A DNA stretch of 64,000 nt, from assembly GCA_030706745.1 (NCBI GenBank), contig JAUZNX010000014.1, forward strand, positions 9,527 through 73,526, given 5' to 3'. Every line of letters begins with the position of its first letter. Position 1 is the stretch's first letter. The position numbers were made by a program, and so were the translations under genes. The DNA is from Bacteroidota bacterium. Its GTDB lineage: Bacteria > Bacteroidota > Ignavibacteria > Palsa-1295. The notes below the pieces were generated by a model. The model searched no databases. It saw only the letters and a list, made by a program, of their open reading frames with translations, and was not told where the DNA came from. Below, one piece after another: positions 54,438 through 64,000 of the stretch.

Positions 54438-56909
54438 TTGCACAAACAATTTGAAATGACTATGGCCCAATCGACGAACGGTGTGAACCTGCCAGTTGTA
54501 CAGGCATCTACAAAGATGCCGCCCTTCCAGTTAGCGGCGCAAGCAGTAGACATGTCCGAGATCCGCGCGAACCGTCGCGCAATGGCTGTCGAGACTACGC
54601 CCGCGATGGTCGAGCGAGTTTACCAAAGTTCCGAGAAGAACATCGCGGCTGTTCGGACGAAGTTGAAACGGCCACTTACGCTTGGCGAAAAGATTGTCTT
54701 CGGGCATCTTGCCGATCCCGAAACGCAATCACTCGAACGCGGCAAAAGCTTCTTGCGCCTCATGGTCGATCGGGTCATTATGCAGGACGCGACGGCACAA
54801 ATGGCAATTCTTCAGTTTATGCAGGCCGGCAAGTTCGAATCTGCTGTTCCCGCAAGCGTCCACTGCGACCATCTCATTCAGGCCTATGAAGGCTCGGCTC
54901 CCGATCTTGGTCGCGCACTGGATTCGAACAGCGAAGTCTACAACTTTTTGAAATCCGCCTGCTCTAAATACGGCATTGGATTTTGGGGTCCTGGTTCTGG
55001 CATTATCCATCAGGTAGTGCTCGAAAACTACGCATTCCCCGGCGGGCTCATTATCGGCAGCGATTCACATACGCCAAACATGGGCGGCCTCTCGATGGTC
55101 GCCATCGGGGTTGGCGGCGCAGATACCGTTGATGCCATGGCCGGATTTGCCTGGGAAGTGCTCAATCCGAAACTGGTCGGCGTTCGACTTACTGGAGAAC
55201 TCAGTGGCTGGGCTGCGCCGAAGGACATCATCCTTCATGTCGCCGGAAAGCTCACTGTCAAAGGCGGCACCAACCGAATCATCGAATATTTCGGACCGGG
55301 CTGTGCCACGCTTTCGACAACTGGCAAGGCGACGGTTACCAACATGGGTGCGGAGATCGGTGCAACGACTTCAGTCTTCCCCTTCGATCAAAATGCTGTT
55401 CATTACCTAAATGCAACGTCTCGTGAGGAATTAGGGCAACTCGCGATTAAATACGCTCACTTGCTCGTAGCGGATCCGGAAGTCGAACGCGAGCCAGAGA
55501 AATACTTCGACGAAATCCTGGAGATCAATCTCTCGGAACTCGAGCCGCTCATCAACGGACCATTCACGCCCGATCTCGCACGGCCGGTTTCACAACTCGC
55601 CAAGGATGCGAAGGAGAATGATTATCCAGCAAAAGTGTCTGTCACGCTGGTTGGCTCCTGCACCAATTCAAGCTATGAGGACCTCTCCCGTGCGGCAAAG
55701 ATTGCCGAGCAAGCGCGAGCCGTAGGCGCTCGTGTTAAGATGCCCTTCTTCATCAATCCTGGCTCGGCGCAGATTCGCGAGACAATCGAACGCGATGGGC
55801 AACTCGAAATGCTCGAAGCTATTGGCGGTGAGGTAATGGCAAATGCCTGTGGACCTTGCATTGGGCAGTGGAAGCGCGATGACATCAAGAAGGGCGACCG
55901 CAACACGATCATCTCTTCGTACAATCGAAATTTTCCCGGCCGAAACGACGCCAATCCCGCAACGCTCGCATTCGTGGCAAGCCCGGAGGTCGTGATTGCT
56001 TATGCCCTTGCTGGTGATCTCTCGGTAAATCCGTTGAAGGACGAACTCACCGCGGAAGGCGGTAAGAAGTATCGACTTACTCCGCCGCCGAAAGTCGAGG
56101 CGTTGCCCGCACTTGGCTATGCTGGCCGCAGAAAGGGATACATGCCGCCTGCACTCGATCCGAGCAACGTATCCGTGACTGTGCCCGGGGCTAGCGAGCG
56201 CCTTCAGATTCTACAGCCATTTCGGCCAATGGTCGATGCTGAGACGACGAACTTGCCGGTCTTGATCAAAACCAAAGGGAAAACGACGACCGACCATATC
56301 TCGCCCGCCGGGACGTGGCTTCGTTTCCGCGGACATCTCGATAAGATCTCGGATAACATGCTGACTGGAGCCATCAATGCATGGACAGGCGAGACGGGTA
56401 CGACGACGAACATGTATACCCACGAGAAGAGCCTTCCTGTACCACAGGTCGCGCGTGATTACAAAGCCCGCGGTAAGCGGTGGATCGTGATCGGCGATGA
56501 GAACTATGGTGAGGGTTCAAGTCGGGAACATGCGGCGATGTCACCCCGATATCTCGGCTGCCTGGCCGTCGTTGCGAGAAGCTTCGCCCGCATTCACGAG
56601 TCCAACCTAAAGAAGCAGGGCATTTTGCCTCTGACTTTCATCGATCCAAAAGATTATGACAAGATCAAGGAAGGCGATACTGTTTCGTTCGAGTATCTCA
56701 AGGAGTTGGATCCAGTCCGCACGGTCAACATGAAAGTGGCGCACAAGGATGGCACCTCTGAAGTGATTGCACTCGCACACACGATGAACATGGAACATAT
56801 CGCTTGGTTCGAAGCCGGAAGCGCTCTGAATCTCATTCGCCTGCATTCTGGCGAATCATCGCTCTCGGCAGGCGTGAAGGAAGCGCCGCCAGAACCGGTG
56901 GAGGCGTAA
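54438..56909 (+). CDS. Aconitate hydratase (mitochondrial/AcnA-type aconitase family)
   Basis: SGIIHQVVLENYAFPG, GSDSHTPNMGG and NACGPCIGQW (Fe-S ligands) are present. The C-terminal swivel domain carries SRE. Confidence 0.85.
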   Translation: MHKQFEMTMAQSTNGVNLPVVQASTKMPPFQLAAQAVDMSEIRANRRAMAVETTPAMVERVYQSSEKNIAAVRTKLKRPLTLGEKIVFGHLADPETQSLERGKSFLRLMVDRVIMQDATAQMAILQFMQAGKFESAVPASVHCDHLIQAYEGSAPDLGRALDSNSEVYNFLKSACSKYGIGFWGPGSGIIHQVVLENYAFPGGLIIGSDSHTPNMGGLSMVAIGVGGADTVDAMAGFAWEVLNPKLVGVRLTGELSGWAAPKDIILHVAGKLTVKGGTNRIIEYFGPGCATLSTTGKATVTNMGAEIGATTSVFPFDQNAVHYLNATSREELGQLAIKYAHLLVADPEVEREPEKYFDEILEINLSELEPLINGPFTPDLARPVSQLAKDAKENDYPAKVSVTLVGSCTNSSYEDLSRAAKIAEQARAVGARVKMPFFINPGSAQIRETIERDGQLEMLEAIGGEVMANACGPCIGQWKRDDIKKGDRNTIISSYNRNFPGRNDANPATLAFVASPEVVIAYALAGDLSVNPLKDELTAEGGKKYRLTPPPKVEALPALGYAGRRKGYMPPALDPSNVSVTVPGASERLQILQPFRPMVDAETTNLPVLIKTKGKTTTDHISPAGTWLRFRGHLDKISDNMLTGAINAWTGETGTTTNMYTHEKSLPVPQVARDYKARGKRWIVIGDENYGEGSSREHAAMSPRYLGCLAVVARSFARIHESNLKKQGILPLTFIDPKDYDKIKEGDTVSFEYLKELDPVRTVNMKVAHKDGTSEVIALAHTMNMEHIAWFEAGSALNLIRLHSGESSLSAGVKEAPPEPVEA

Positions 56910-57009
56910 GAACGCGCAACGCAGTCCTAGTTCGGACTACCGCAAAGTTCAGACTGGATCAAAGAGCAGGGACGTGCGAAGCACGTCCCAACAGCCGCCG
57001 TGATCTCCC

Positions 57010-57651
57010 TTACTTTGCGTACCCGACTGACTGCGCAAACAAGACGTGCTGTCCGGGATGCAATCCGAGGCTCTGTTCAAGACCCTTGCGATCGCAGTTG
57101 TGGAACCAGGCCGCGAGCCCATGCGATGCGGCATAGAGATAAACGTTGCCCGCGATGAGACCGGTCGTCACATAGCAGTATGCATTCTGCATGTCAGGAT
57201 CGAGCAGCCCTGGCTCCTGAAATCCCGGCGTGTGAGTCAGGCGATCAATGTCTGCAACGTAGATCAGTTGGACGGGAGCGTTCGCCTGAATGCCGCGTTG
57301 TCCCGGGGTCATAACACCGGCTCGCAAGTCGCCCTCAATAATGGGTTTCAAGAGATTGTGAACCGCATCGTAGAGATACACGCCATCCTCGAACGCCACG
57401 TAAAGATCGACTTCCTGCGAGTTGCTGGCTGAAGCAGCCGTCCGTCCATAAACGCCGAACGGACCGGTGACGCGGTTCACCCCCCAGGCAGCCCACAAGA
57501 GATTTGAAATCATCTGAATTGGTAAGGGCGACGAACTGATTAGCCGTATCGTTTCTCGCCGCCGGAGAGCCTCGAACACCGAAAGGCCTCCTTCATCCAC
57601 AGGCGCCGGAAGTTGAATCTCTGTCAAAGTCTGGGTTAATATGTCACTCAT
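57010..57651 (-). CDS. Nitroreductase-family (SagB-type dehydrogenase-like) protein
   Basis: RRETIRLISSSPLPIQMISNLLWAAWGVNR plus a C-terminal nitroreductase-fold pattern are present. The start is chosen at MSDILTQ. Confidence 0.55.
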   Translation of the reverse strand: MSDILTQTLTEIQLPAPVDEGGLSVFEALRRRETIRLISSSPLPIQMISNLLWAAWGVNRVTGPFGVYGRTAASASNSQEVDLYVAFEDGVYLYDAVHNLLKPIIEGDLRAGVMTPGQRGIQANAPVQLIYVADIDRLTHTPGFQEPGLLDPDMQNAYCYVTTGLIAGNVYLYAASHGLAAWFHNCDRKGLEQSLGLHPGQHVLFAQSVGYAK

Positions 57652-58204
57652 GGTCGAGATATGAGAATTCTGTAAATAGGTGAGATGAAGCTGCTGATGC
57701 ACAGTGGAAGAAACATGCCATCCTACGGTTAGCAGTGAATTCGGCGTAGCGGGTGCAGAATGCCATCGTTTCAATAGTGCCGAATGTTAAAATAGTTATT
57801 GACAGGCGTTAGATACTGTTCGCAAACGCTTCGCACGAATTCTTCCGGATGCTCTGATCGGCGGCTTGAGAGTCCGCAACCCGCGAAGGCCCCACAAAAG
57901 CAGGCGGCTGCATTGATTACTTGAGGAGGACAAGTGACGTTATTCAACCTTTTCTGCGCGTCTGCCGCGTGGAAATCGTCATAGGAACATGAAAAAGTTT
58001 ACGATCCCTTACTCATGAGTCGTTAATTTTCTTCTCTTTCGTAAAGATTACTAACGACCCTTTGAAATCTTTCTCGAATGGATTCAACGATTTGCACTTG
58101 GATTCGCGGATTGCTGCCTCAAAACCCCGGTTGGCATAGAGAATGCCATCTCAACTGAGTTCGATGTTGCGACTTTAGTCAAGTTCTCCGTCAGTTTTAC
58201 GTCC

Positions 58205-58990
58205 ATGACCTACCGAATCAATCAGTACCGCGAAGTTGTGATAGTGGCGTTGCTTGCTATTCTATTTTGTGGAGACAGCCCGTCTCCCGGCGTGCTGACT
58301 CTTAGACCAATGCTTGCGCCAACTGGCAGCATTCGTGGACGTGTCACATTCAACGGTCCGCTTCCCCAGCTCGCCACAGCAAAGTGCATCACTCCGGAAG
58401 TATGTGGAAGAACTCACACCTATGATCGTCTGCTTGTAGGCAAGGACAAAGGCGTTCGGTATTCGTTGATCTATCTTAAGAACCCACCCCTCGGCCGCAC
58501 CTCACCAGGGCAGCCGCGGATCACCCAATCGAATTGCTCGTTCCAGCCGCATATGATTGTCGCTGCACGTGGCTCCTCGATCATCTTTCAAAACGACGAT
58601 CCTGTTCTGCACAATTGCCACGCATATAGCTTCATCGGTTCGGACCGCTCCACTGCATTCAATATCGCCCAACCGACGAAAGGCCAGCAAAGCGTCGAGC
58701 AACTCCGGAAGCCCGGCATGCTCAATATCGAGTGTGATGCGGGACATACTTGGATGTCCGCATGGGTCTGGGTTACCGATAGTCCGTTCGCCGTTGTATC
58801 CGATGAGCATGGGGAATTCAGTCTGGATGGTATCCCACCCGGCACCTATACTGTCGTGATGTGGCATGAGGGCTGGAACACGAGCGGCATGCAGGATGGT
58901 CGCGCTGTCTTCTCTGCGCCTACACTTCAGGAGCGTCAGATCGTCGTTACCGCTGGAGGCGCATCGAATGCCGACTTCCTATTACAATAA
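58205..58990 (+). CDS. Secreted type-1 copper (cupredoxin-like) protein with a C-terminal carboxypeptidase-regulatory-like domain
   Basis: There is a signal peptide. The ligand-like pattern is His in DPVLHNCHAY and Cys/His/Met in IECDAGHTWMSAW (C-x3-H-x2-M). Confidence 0.55.
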   Translation: MTYRINQYREVVIVALLAILFCGDSPSPGVLTLRPMLAPTGSIRGRVTFNGPLPQLATAKCITPEVCGRTHTYDRLLVGKDKGVRYSLIYLKNPPLGRTSPGQPRITQSNCSFQPHMIVAARGSSIIFQNDDPVLHNCHAYSFIGSDRSTAFNIAQPTKGQQSVEQLRKPGMLNIECDAGHTWMSAWVWVTDSPFAVVSDEHGEFSLDGIPPGTYTVVMWHEGWNTSGMQDGRAVFSAPTLQERQIVVTAGGASNADFLLQ

Positions 58991-59014
58991 GATCTCGTTA
59001 CACTAAGAACTCGC

Positions 59015-60340
59015 ATGGTGCAAACAACCACAGGGCGGGCGTATATTCTTATCGCTTCCGGCTTCGTACTTCTGTACTCGATCATCGGACCATCAAAGGT
59101 TCATGCTAATCCCGTCTTCGCCCGGCAATACAATACATCGTGCTTTACATGTCATACCTCGCCACCATTGCTCAACGAGTTTGGTCGTCGCTTCCAGGCG
59201 AATGGCTATCAATTGCCAAGTACGAGCGATAAGATTGCAGAAGCCGCACGGTCCACATTCCCACTCGGTCTCGTGGTAACACCGATGGTGAGTCGCTCTC
59301 AGGTCGAGGACCATTTGACTGGAATACAAAGCGAACCAACCACATCTTTCGGCGGAATCATGATGCGGTTTTTCAGCTCCGCTTCGCTCGGATCTCACTT
59401 TTCCTATTATGCCGGCATACCCGTCACCGTGGCAAATGGCGAGACGAGCATTGAGATTGAAACCATCCATCTGCTCTATACCGATGCGCTCGCCGATGGC
59501 CGGGGCACGCTGAATTTCCAGTTCGGCAAGTTTCTTCTATTCGCCCCGTTCACGCCCATGTTCCTGCTCTCCGGAGAGGATCCCATCGTGTACAATAGCA
59601 TGCATTACAACCCGCTTGGCGAGCGAACGACGGCCAACACGCTCTATCTAACCGACCCCATGTTTGGCGTCAGCGCGTTTGGCACAATTTACACCATCGG
59701 TCAAGGACTTCGCTGGCAAGTTGGAATGGTCGGCGGAAACAATAGCGATGTGGATCTGGCTTCAGCGCGCGCCGTGTTCGGCTCGCTCGATCAAACTGTG
59801 TTCCTGCAAAACGCGCCTGCCAGAGTTGGGGCATTCTTTTTCTCAGGATTTCAGGATGTATCGAATTCTGCGGCGGAAACATCGAGCACCATGGCCGGAA
59901 TGCCGGGGATGGGTGGTGGAACAAGTGCCGCACTGGCGAATCCCTGGCGGAATCACGTCACACGAGTGGGATTCGATGCGGAAATCACGGACCCATGGAC
60001 AAAGCGGATCAACCTCTTTGGCGAGTTCATGACAGGACTCGACGATAACATCGATAGCCTGGGAACAAGCTATGAAATGCGCGGCGGGTTCGTCGGCATG
60101 AACGTTATTCTCTTGCCAGAAAAGCTCTTTGCGTACGGCCGGTACGATTGGATGCAGCGACTCACGGTTGCCGAAGATCACACGGCAATCGACGTAGGAC
60201 TGCGATATCACTTTCTTCCGAATGTAGTAGCGACTGGCGGCGTGACAATCACGAAAGAGAATATCACACAGACGGCGTATCAAATGCGGCTCGATCAGAC
60301 GACAACGACGTACCGCGCTGGTTTCTTATTTGGATTCTAA
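59015..60340 (+). CDS. Cyc2-like fused monoheme cytochrome c / outer-membrane beta-barrel porin (candidate Fe(II) oxidase / EET conduit)
   Basis: The signal peptide is followed directly by NPVFARQYNTSCFTCHTSPP (a single CxxCH). About 390 aa of predicted beta-rich sequence then ends in the OMP beta-signal ...YRAGFLFGF. Confidence 0.6.
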   Translation: MVQTTTGRAYILIASGFVLLYSIIGPSKVHANPVFARQYNTSCFTCHTSPPLLNEFGRRFQANGYQLPSTSDKIAEAARSTFPLGLVVTPMVSRSQVEDHLTGIQSEPTTSFGGIMMRFFSSASLGSHFSYYAGIPVTVANGETSIEIETIHLLYTDALADGRGTLNFQFGKFLLFAPFTPMFLLSGEDPIVYNSMHYNPLGERTTANTLYLTDPMFGVSAFGTIYTIGQGLRWQVGMVGGNNSDVDLASARAVFGSLDQTVFLQNAPARVGAFFFSGFQDVSNSAAETSSTMAGMPGMGGGTSAALANPWRNHVTRVGFDAEITDPWTKRINLFGEFMTGLDDNIDSLGTSYEMRGGFVGMNVILLPEKLFAYGRYDWMQRLTVAEDHTAIDVGLRYHFLPNVVATGGVTITKENITQTAYQMRLDQTTTTYRAGFLFGF

Positions 60341-61124
60341 TCCGAACAGCATGTTGCTTCAAACTATAACTACTACCTGCGCGGTCGGCATTATTGCGGC
60401 CACGATGAAGCTAAGTCCATTCGGACTCGGTCCGGCAAGCAACGCTCCGGCCTCCAATCCGTCCGAGACGATCGCTCGTGGCAAGACTGTGTTCGACATT
60501 GCCTGTTCGCCCTGTCACGGCCTCGATGGTGCAGGCGATGGTCCGCTGTCGGCCAACATGCGCACGAGACCGAGAGACCTCACAAAAGGGGTCTATAAGA
60601 GCCGATCGACCGCCAGCGGTCAGTTGCCAACAGACGAGGATCTGGATCGATCGATCATGACCGGCGTGCACTTTAGCACGATGCCAGCCTTTCGCATGTC
60701 CCCGACCGATTGTGACGCCGTCATTCAGTACCTGAAGACTCTCTCTCCGCGCTTCTCGGATTCTACTGAGTATCCGCTGGAAGTGTTGACATTCGGCCAA
60801 ATGATCCTCCCCAGCACGCAAAGCATCGAACGAGGCCGCGCGGTCTACGTCAAGATGCAGTGCGAAAGCTGTCACGGAGCTGCCGGCAAGGGCGATGGAG
60901 TCTCTGCTGAAATCCAACACGATGACTTCGGCAGTTTCGTCCACACAACGGACCTCACGAACGTTTCCGATTTCAAATTCGCACAGTCTGCCCAAGACGT
61001 CTATCGCATTTTTTCGACCGGTCTGAACGGCGTTGCCATGCCATCCTATGCCTCGACGCTCCCAGACACCGACCGCTGGCACCTTGCCAACTACGTATGG
61101 AACCTGCACGGCATCGAGCATTAA
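60330..61124 (+). CDS. Dihaem c-type cytochrome (c4/Cyc1-like)
   Basis: Two CxxCH motifs are present (CSPCHG, CESCHG), with candidate distal Met ligands (...TMPAF; ...AMPSY). It overlaps the upstream gene by 11 nt. Confidence 0.75.
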   Translation: MDSNPNSMLLQTITTTCAVGIIAATMKLSPFGLGPASNAPASNPSETIARGKTVFDIACSPCHGLDGAGDGPLSANMRTRPRDLTKGVYKSRSTASGQLPTDEDLDRSIMTGVHFSTMPAFRMSPTDCDAVIQYLKTLSPRFSDSTEYPLEVLTFGQMILPSTQSIERGRAVYVKMQCESCHGAAGKGDGVSAEIQHDDFGSFVHTTDLTNVSDFKFAQSAQDVYRIFSTGLNGVAMPSYASTLPDTDRWHLANYVWNLHGIEH

Positions 61125-61192
61125 GTGCAGCATTCTGAAATTTTGTTCGTAGATTTGCATTAAGTTGGTTTTTTGGATTTAGAGATCATCTT

Positions 61193-61909
61193 ATGAAAAC
61201 AGTTTCCTTCTCCCTGTCGATTCTGTGTCTAGGCATCTTGATTGGTTGCAGTAGCAGCACAACTCCGCAACCACAAACGTATATCGGTGCTTCAACAACC
61301 ATTGGCTCCGGCACCGCCAATTCCTGGGTCACCGTGGATGGCTCCGGCAACATGACGGCCATCGGTGTGACCATTTCCGATGCAGCGCTCGCCAGCTTGC
61401 CCGCGATGGGCATGATGTATGAGATCCCTATGCCGGCCGGTGTGACCACAATCCCGTATAAAAGTATCAGCCTTGACTATGCTACGATGGATCCAGCTCC
61501 CTACAATGTGCCACATCTCGACGCCCATTTCTATTTTGAAGATATGATGGCACGAATGAATATCATGCAAGGGATAGATACAATGATGCCAGGCGGAATG
61601 ATGCTGCCGGCAGGATACACTCGCATCGGTGAATGTGATTCGATGATGGGCGTGCATTATATGGACACCTCGGCTCCAGAGTGGCACAAGCAGCCATTCC
61701 ATTGCGCCTTCGTTTACGGCTTTGCCAAAGGCACGATGACGTTTATGGAAGCGATGTGTGACCAAGCATCCCTGTCCAACCATACGGCGCTCAGTGGAAC
61801 AGTCAAACCCATGATGATGATGAGCATGCCAATGTCGATGCCCAAAACCTACAAGACCTCATACGACGCCACGACCAAGACGACTAAGATTGAACTAGAC
61901 GGATTTTGA
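61193..61909 (+). CDS. Met-rich lipoprotein (putative periplasmic Cu(I)-binding / metallochaperone-like)
   Basis: The lipobox is ILIGCSS. Met-rich clusters are present (MMYEIPMP, DMMARMNIMQGIDTMMPGGMMLP, KPMMMMSMPMSMP). Confidence 0.55.
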   Translation: MKTVSFSLSILCLGILIGCSSSTTPQPQTYIGASTTIGSGTANSWVTVDGSGNMTAIGVTISDAALASLPAMGMMYEIPMPAGVTTIPYKSISLDYATMDPAPYNVPHLDAHFYFEDMMARMNIMQGIDTMMPGGMMLPAGYTRIGECDSMMGVHYMDTSAPEWHKQPFHCAFVYGFAKGTMTFMEAMCDQASLSNHTALSGTVKPMMMMSMPMSMPKTYKTSYDATTKTTKIELDGF

Positions 61910-61939
61910 TGTGCGTATGGTAATTCTATTGTCCCGGTA

Positions 61940-63751
61940 ATGCGAAGCAATCGCCTTTCGTGGTTTCTCATTTGCCTTGCCGTCATTCCGTTTGTTTTTG
62001 TTCGCAATTTAATTGACCCCGCATTTACCACGCGCGCAATTTTGCTTGCGGTGTTTACGATCGCAACTTTCATCGCAAGTCGGGACCAGTCACTCCGGAC
62101 CTCCCCACTGGTTTGGATATGGTGTGTGTATGCCGCATTTTGTGTCGCCTCTATCTTCATCGCCCGCAATTCTGGTGAGGCAATCTATTCCGCCTCTCTT
62201 GCGGTGATGTATGGCGCATGGCTCCTTGCAGCAATGCAGAAAGCAAACGGTGAACTACTCCCCCACATTTTGCGAACGGTCTCGATAATTGGCCTCCTGG
62301 TGTCGCTTGTCTCTCTTCTGCAATTCTATGCGAGATTCGATTTCTTTCCTGGCGGAGAAGGCCCATTTGCCTCGATGGCCATGAAGAATCTCATGTCTTC
62401 CTTTCTTTTCCTGACGTTGCCGGCCACGCTTTATGGTACACTCTCGGAAGAACCTCGGTGGAAGCCATTTTGCCTTCTGACATTGGCGGCGAGTATGTTC
62501 GTCCTCCTCATCGCGCAGACCCGTGCGGTGTGGCTCGGATCGGTGGTAATGGCGAGCGTTGCGCTCGCGCTTCTGGCATTCTCCAGTCAGCGGAGAGCAC
62601 TTTGGCAAGAATACCGCTCGAGTCTTCGCAATATCGCAATGGTAGCGGTGGCTTGCCTTTTGGCGATCTTTGTCTTTAACATTGCTCCGCGGCATGGCTC
62701 GCACGCAAAGAGCGCCACGGAAAAGGCAAGCACATTCATCCACTATTCCTCCGACACATCATCCCGGATGCGGCTCACTGTCTGGAGCAAGTCCATCGAG
62801 ATGTTTCGCAATCATCCAATCCTCGGTGTTGGAGCCGGCAACTGGAAGATCCAACTTCCGTCTTACGGTCTAGCAGAATTTCCCCACTACGTTCAGGACG
62901 GAAGCTACCAGTGGACGGAGACTCACAATGATTTCCTTGAGCACGCGTGCGAGTCCGGGGTCGGCGGCGGATTGGCCTATCTCGCGCTCTTTGTGGCCGG
63001 CGTCAGTCTGGCAATACGTGCGGCGTGGCGAGCCCAGCCAGGAAACTCGCGCAGATCACTTTTGATGATTCTCCTCGCGGCAACGATTTCGGGTTATGCC
63101 ATCATTTCTTTCTTCGATTTTCCAGGTGCTCGCGTCGAGCATACAATACTCTTTCTGCTATGGCTGAGCATTCTTCCCAGCACTCGAGTCAAGGAGAAGG
63201 AGCAACCTCGGAATCGTTTGCCTCTTTTTGTTGCGATATTGCTCGTAATTCCGGCTCTCATGTTCTCAATCCAGCGATTTATTGCTGAACAACATGAGGT
63301 CTCTCTGCTCCAGGCACGACTCGACCAGGATTGGAATACCGAGATCGCGGAGTGTAACAAAATCTACGATGCGAAGTTATTATCGGTGGACGCACTTTCG
63401 ACTCCGTTATTGTACTATAGAGCGGAAGCCGAGTACATGCTGCAGGATTATCCTGCGGCACTTCGAGACAATTTGGAGGCACTTCGGGCGCATCCAAATC
63501 ACTTCTATACACTAAATAATACTGGGTCCTGCTACGTGAAACTTCGTAACTTTCAGGCCGGTGAAGTGTTCTACAATCGTGCGTTGGCGATTTCGCCAAA
63601 CTTTGAGGAATCCTTGCTGAACCTGACAGCCGTCAGTTTCAATCAACAGGATTATGCCCGGGCTCGGTCGTACCTGAATAAGTGCGACACGACACAACCC
63701 GGCTCCCGCGCGGCGATGTACGCGCAGGCATTGAATAGCCTGAAACATTAG
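61940..63751 (+). CDS. O-antigen ligase (Wzy_C/WaaL-like) family polytopic membrane protein with C-terminal TPR repeats
   Basis: There are many TMs. The O-antigen-ligase-type loop is VWSKSIEMFRNHPILGVGAGNW...TETHNDFLE. The C-terminal TPR-like region is YRAEAEYMLQDYPAALRDNLEAL... Confidence 0.7.
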   Translation: MRSNRLSWFLICLAVIPFVFVRNLIDPAFTTRAILLAVFTIATFIASRDQSLRTSPLVWIWCVYAAFCVASIFIARNSGEAIYSASLAVMYGAWLLAAMQKANGELLPHILRTVSIIGLLVSLVSLLQFYARFDFFPGGEGPFASMAMKNLMSSFLFLTLPATLYGTLSEEPRWKPFCLLTLAASMFVLLIAQTRAVWLGSVVMASVALALLAFSSQRRALWQEYRSSLRNIAMVAVACLLAIFVFNIAPRHGSHAKSATEKASTFIHYSSDTSSRMRLTVWSKSIEMFRNHPILGVGAGNWKIQLPSYGLAEFPHYVQDGSYQWTETHNDFLEHACESGVGGGLAYLALFVAGVSLAIRAAWRAQPGNSRRSLLMILLAATISGYAIISFFDFPGARVEHTILFLLWLSILPSTRVKEKEQPRNRLPLFVAILLVIPALMFSIQRFIAEQHEVSLLQARLDQDWNTEIAECNKIYDAKLLSVDALSTPLLYYRAEAEYMLQDYPAALRDNLEALRAHPNHFYTLNNTGSCYVKLRNFQAGEVFYNRALAISPNFEESLLNLTAVSFNQQDYARARSYLNKCDTTQPGSRAAMYAQALNSLKH

Positions 63752-63776
63752 GTCTTTACAGTTGAGGGGAAACAAT

Positions 63777-64000
63777 ATGAGACGATTGATTCTCGGTATT
63801 TTCATCGTGGCAGTCGGAATTATGGCGTTTGGCTCTGGAGTTCGCGCCCAGACACTTCGGATCACACCCGATTCCAGCGCGCCGACATCTGCTCTCCAAG
63901 TCTCGATTGCAGGTGTAGGTACACACTTTCGGCCTACGGTCGGACTTTCCATGGTGGCAATCTCGCTCCAGCGCTCGGGCAGACCCTATGTTGTGACCTA
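63777..64000 (+). CDS. Secreted protein, N-terminal fragment (runs off the right edge)
   Basis: The product is MRRLILGIFIVAVGIMAFGSGVRAQ|TLRITPDSS... There is no stop before the window end. Confidence 0.4.
   Translation, partial: MRRLILGIFIVAVGIMAFGSGVRAQTLRITPDSSAPTSALQVSIAGVGTHFRPTVGLSMVAISLQRSGRPYVVT

Overview
This is a high-GC (~57%) bacterial chromosomal segment, probably from the Bacteroidota/Chlorobi-Ignavibacteria group. The lineage call rests on at least seven secreted proteins ending in a type IX secretion (T9SS) C-terminal sorting domain, on a short Bacteroidota-style AraC regulator and on HprK. I recognised no transposase, integrase, phage or CRISPR signal. Housekeeping genes present are rsmI, a tRNA-Glu, hprK, miaB and an aconitase. 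The accessory content worth a second look is: (1) a four-gene operon at 58.2-61.9 kb encoding a cupredoxin, a Cyc2-like outer-membrane monoheme cytochrome-porin fusion, a dihaem c-type cytochrome and a Met-rich lipoprotein, which looks like an Fe(II)-oxidation / extracellular electron-transfer conduit; (2) a 40-bp cis element with a perfectly conserved 18-nt core, present four times in the same orientation within 5 kb (24.1-29.0 kb), each ahead of a general-stress-like gene (YceI, AsmA/DUF748-like, Ser/Thr-rich disordered protein, cupin, lmo0937-like, YtxH, OmpA) and starting at the stop codon of an AraC-type regulator; (3) a signalling module made of a coiled-coil membrane protein with 51-aa repeats, two tandem paralogous receiver proteins, and a histidine kinase whose only input region is ~18.5 tandem 22-aa (66-bp) repeats; (4) an asparagine-synthetase-B homologue with no N-terminal Cys nucleophile; (5) a >1000-aa outer-membrane protein ORF on the minus strand at 1-3003 that the ORF track omits because it runs off the window edge. 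All calls come from reading the translations and DNA; no database search was possible.
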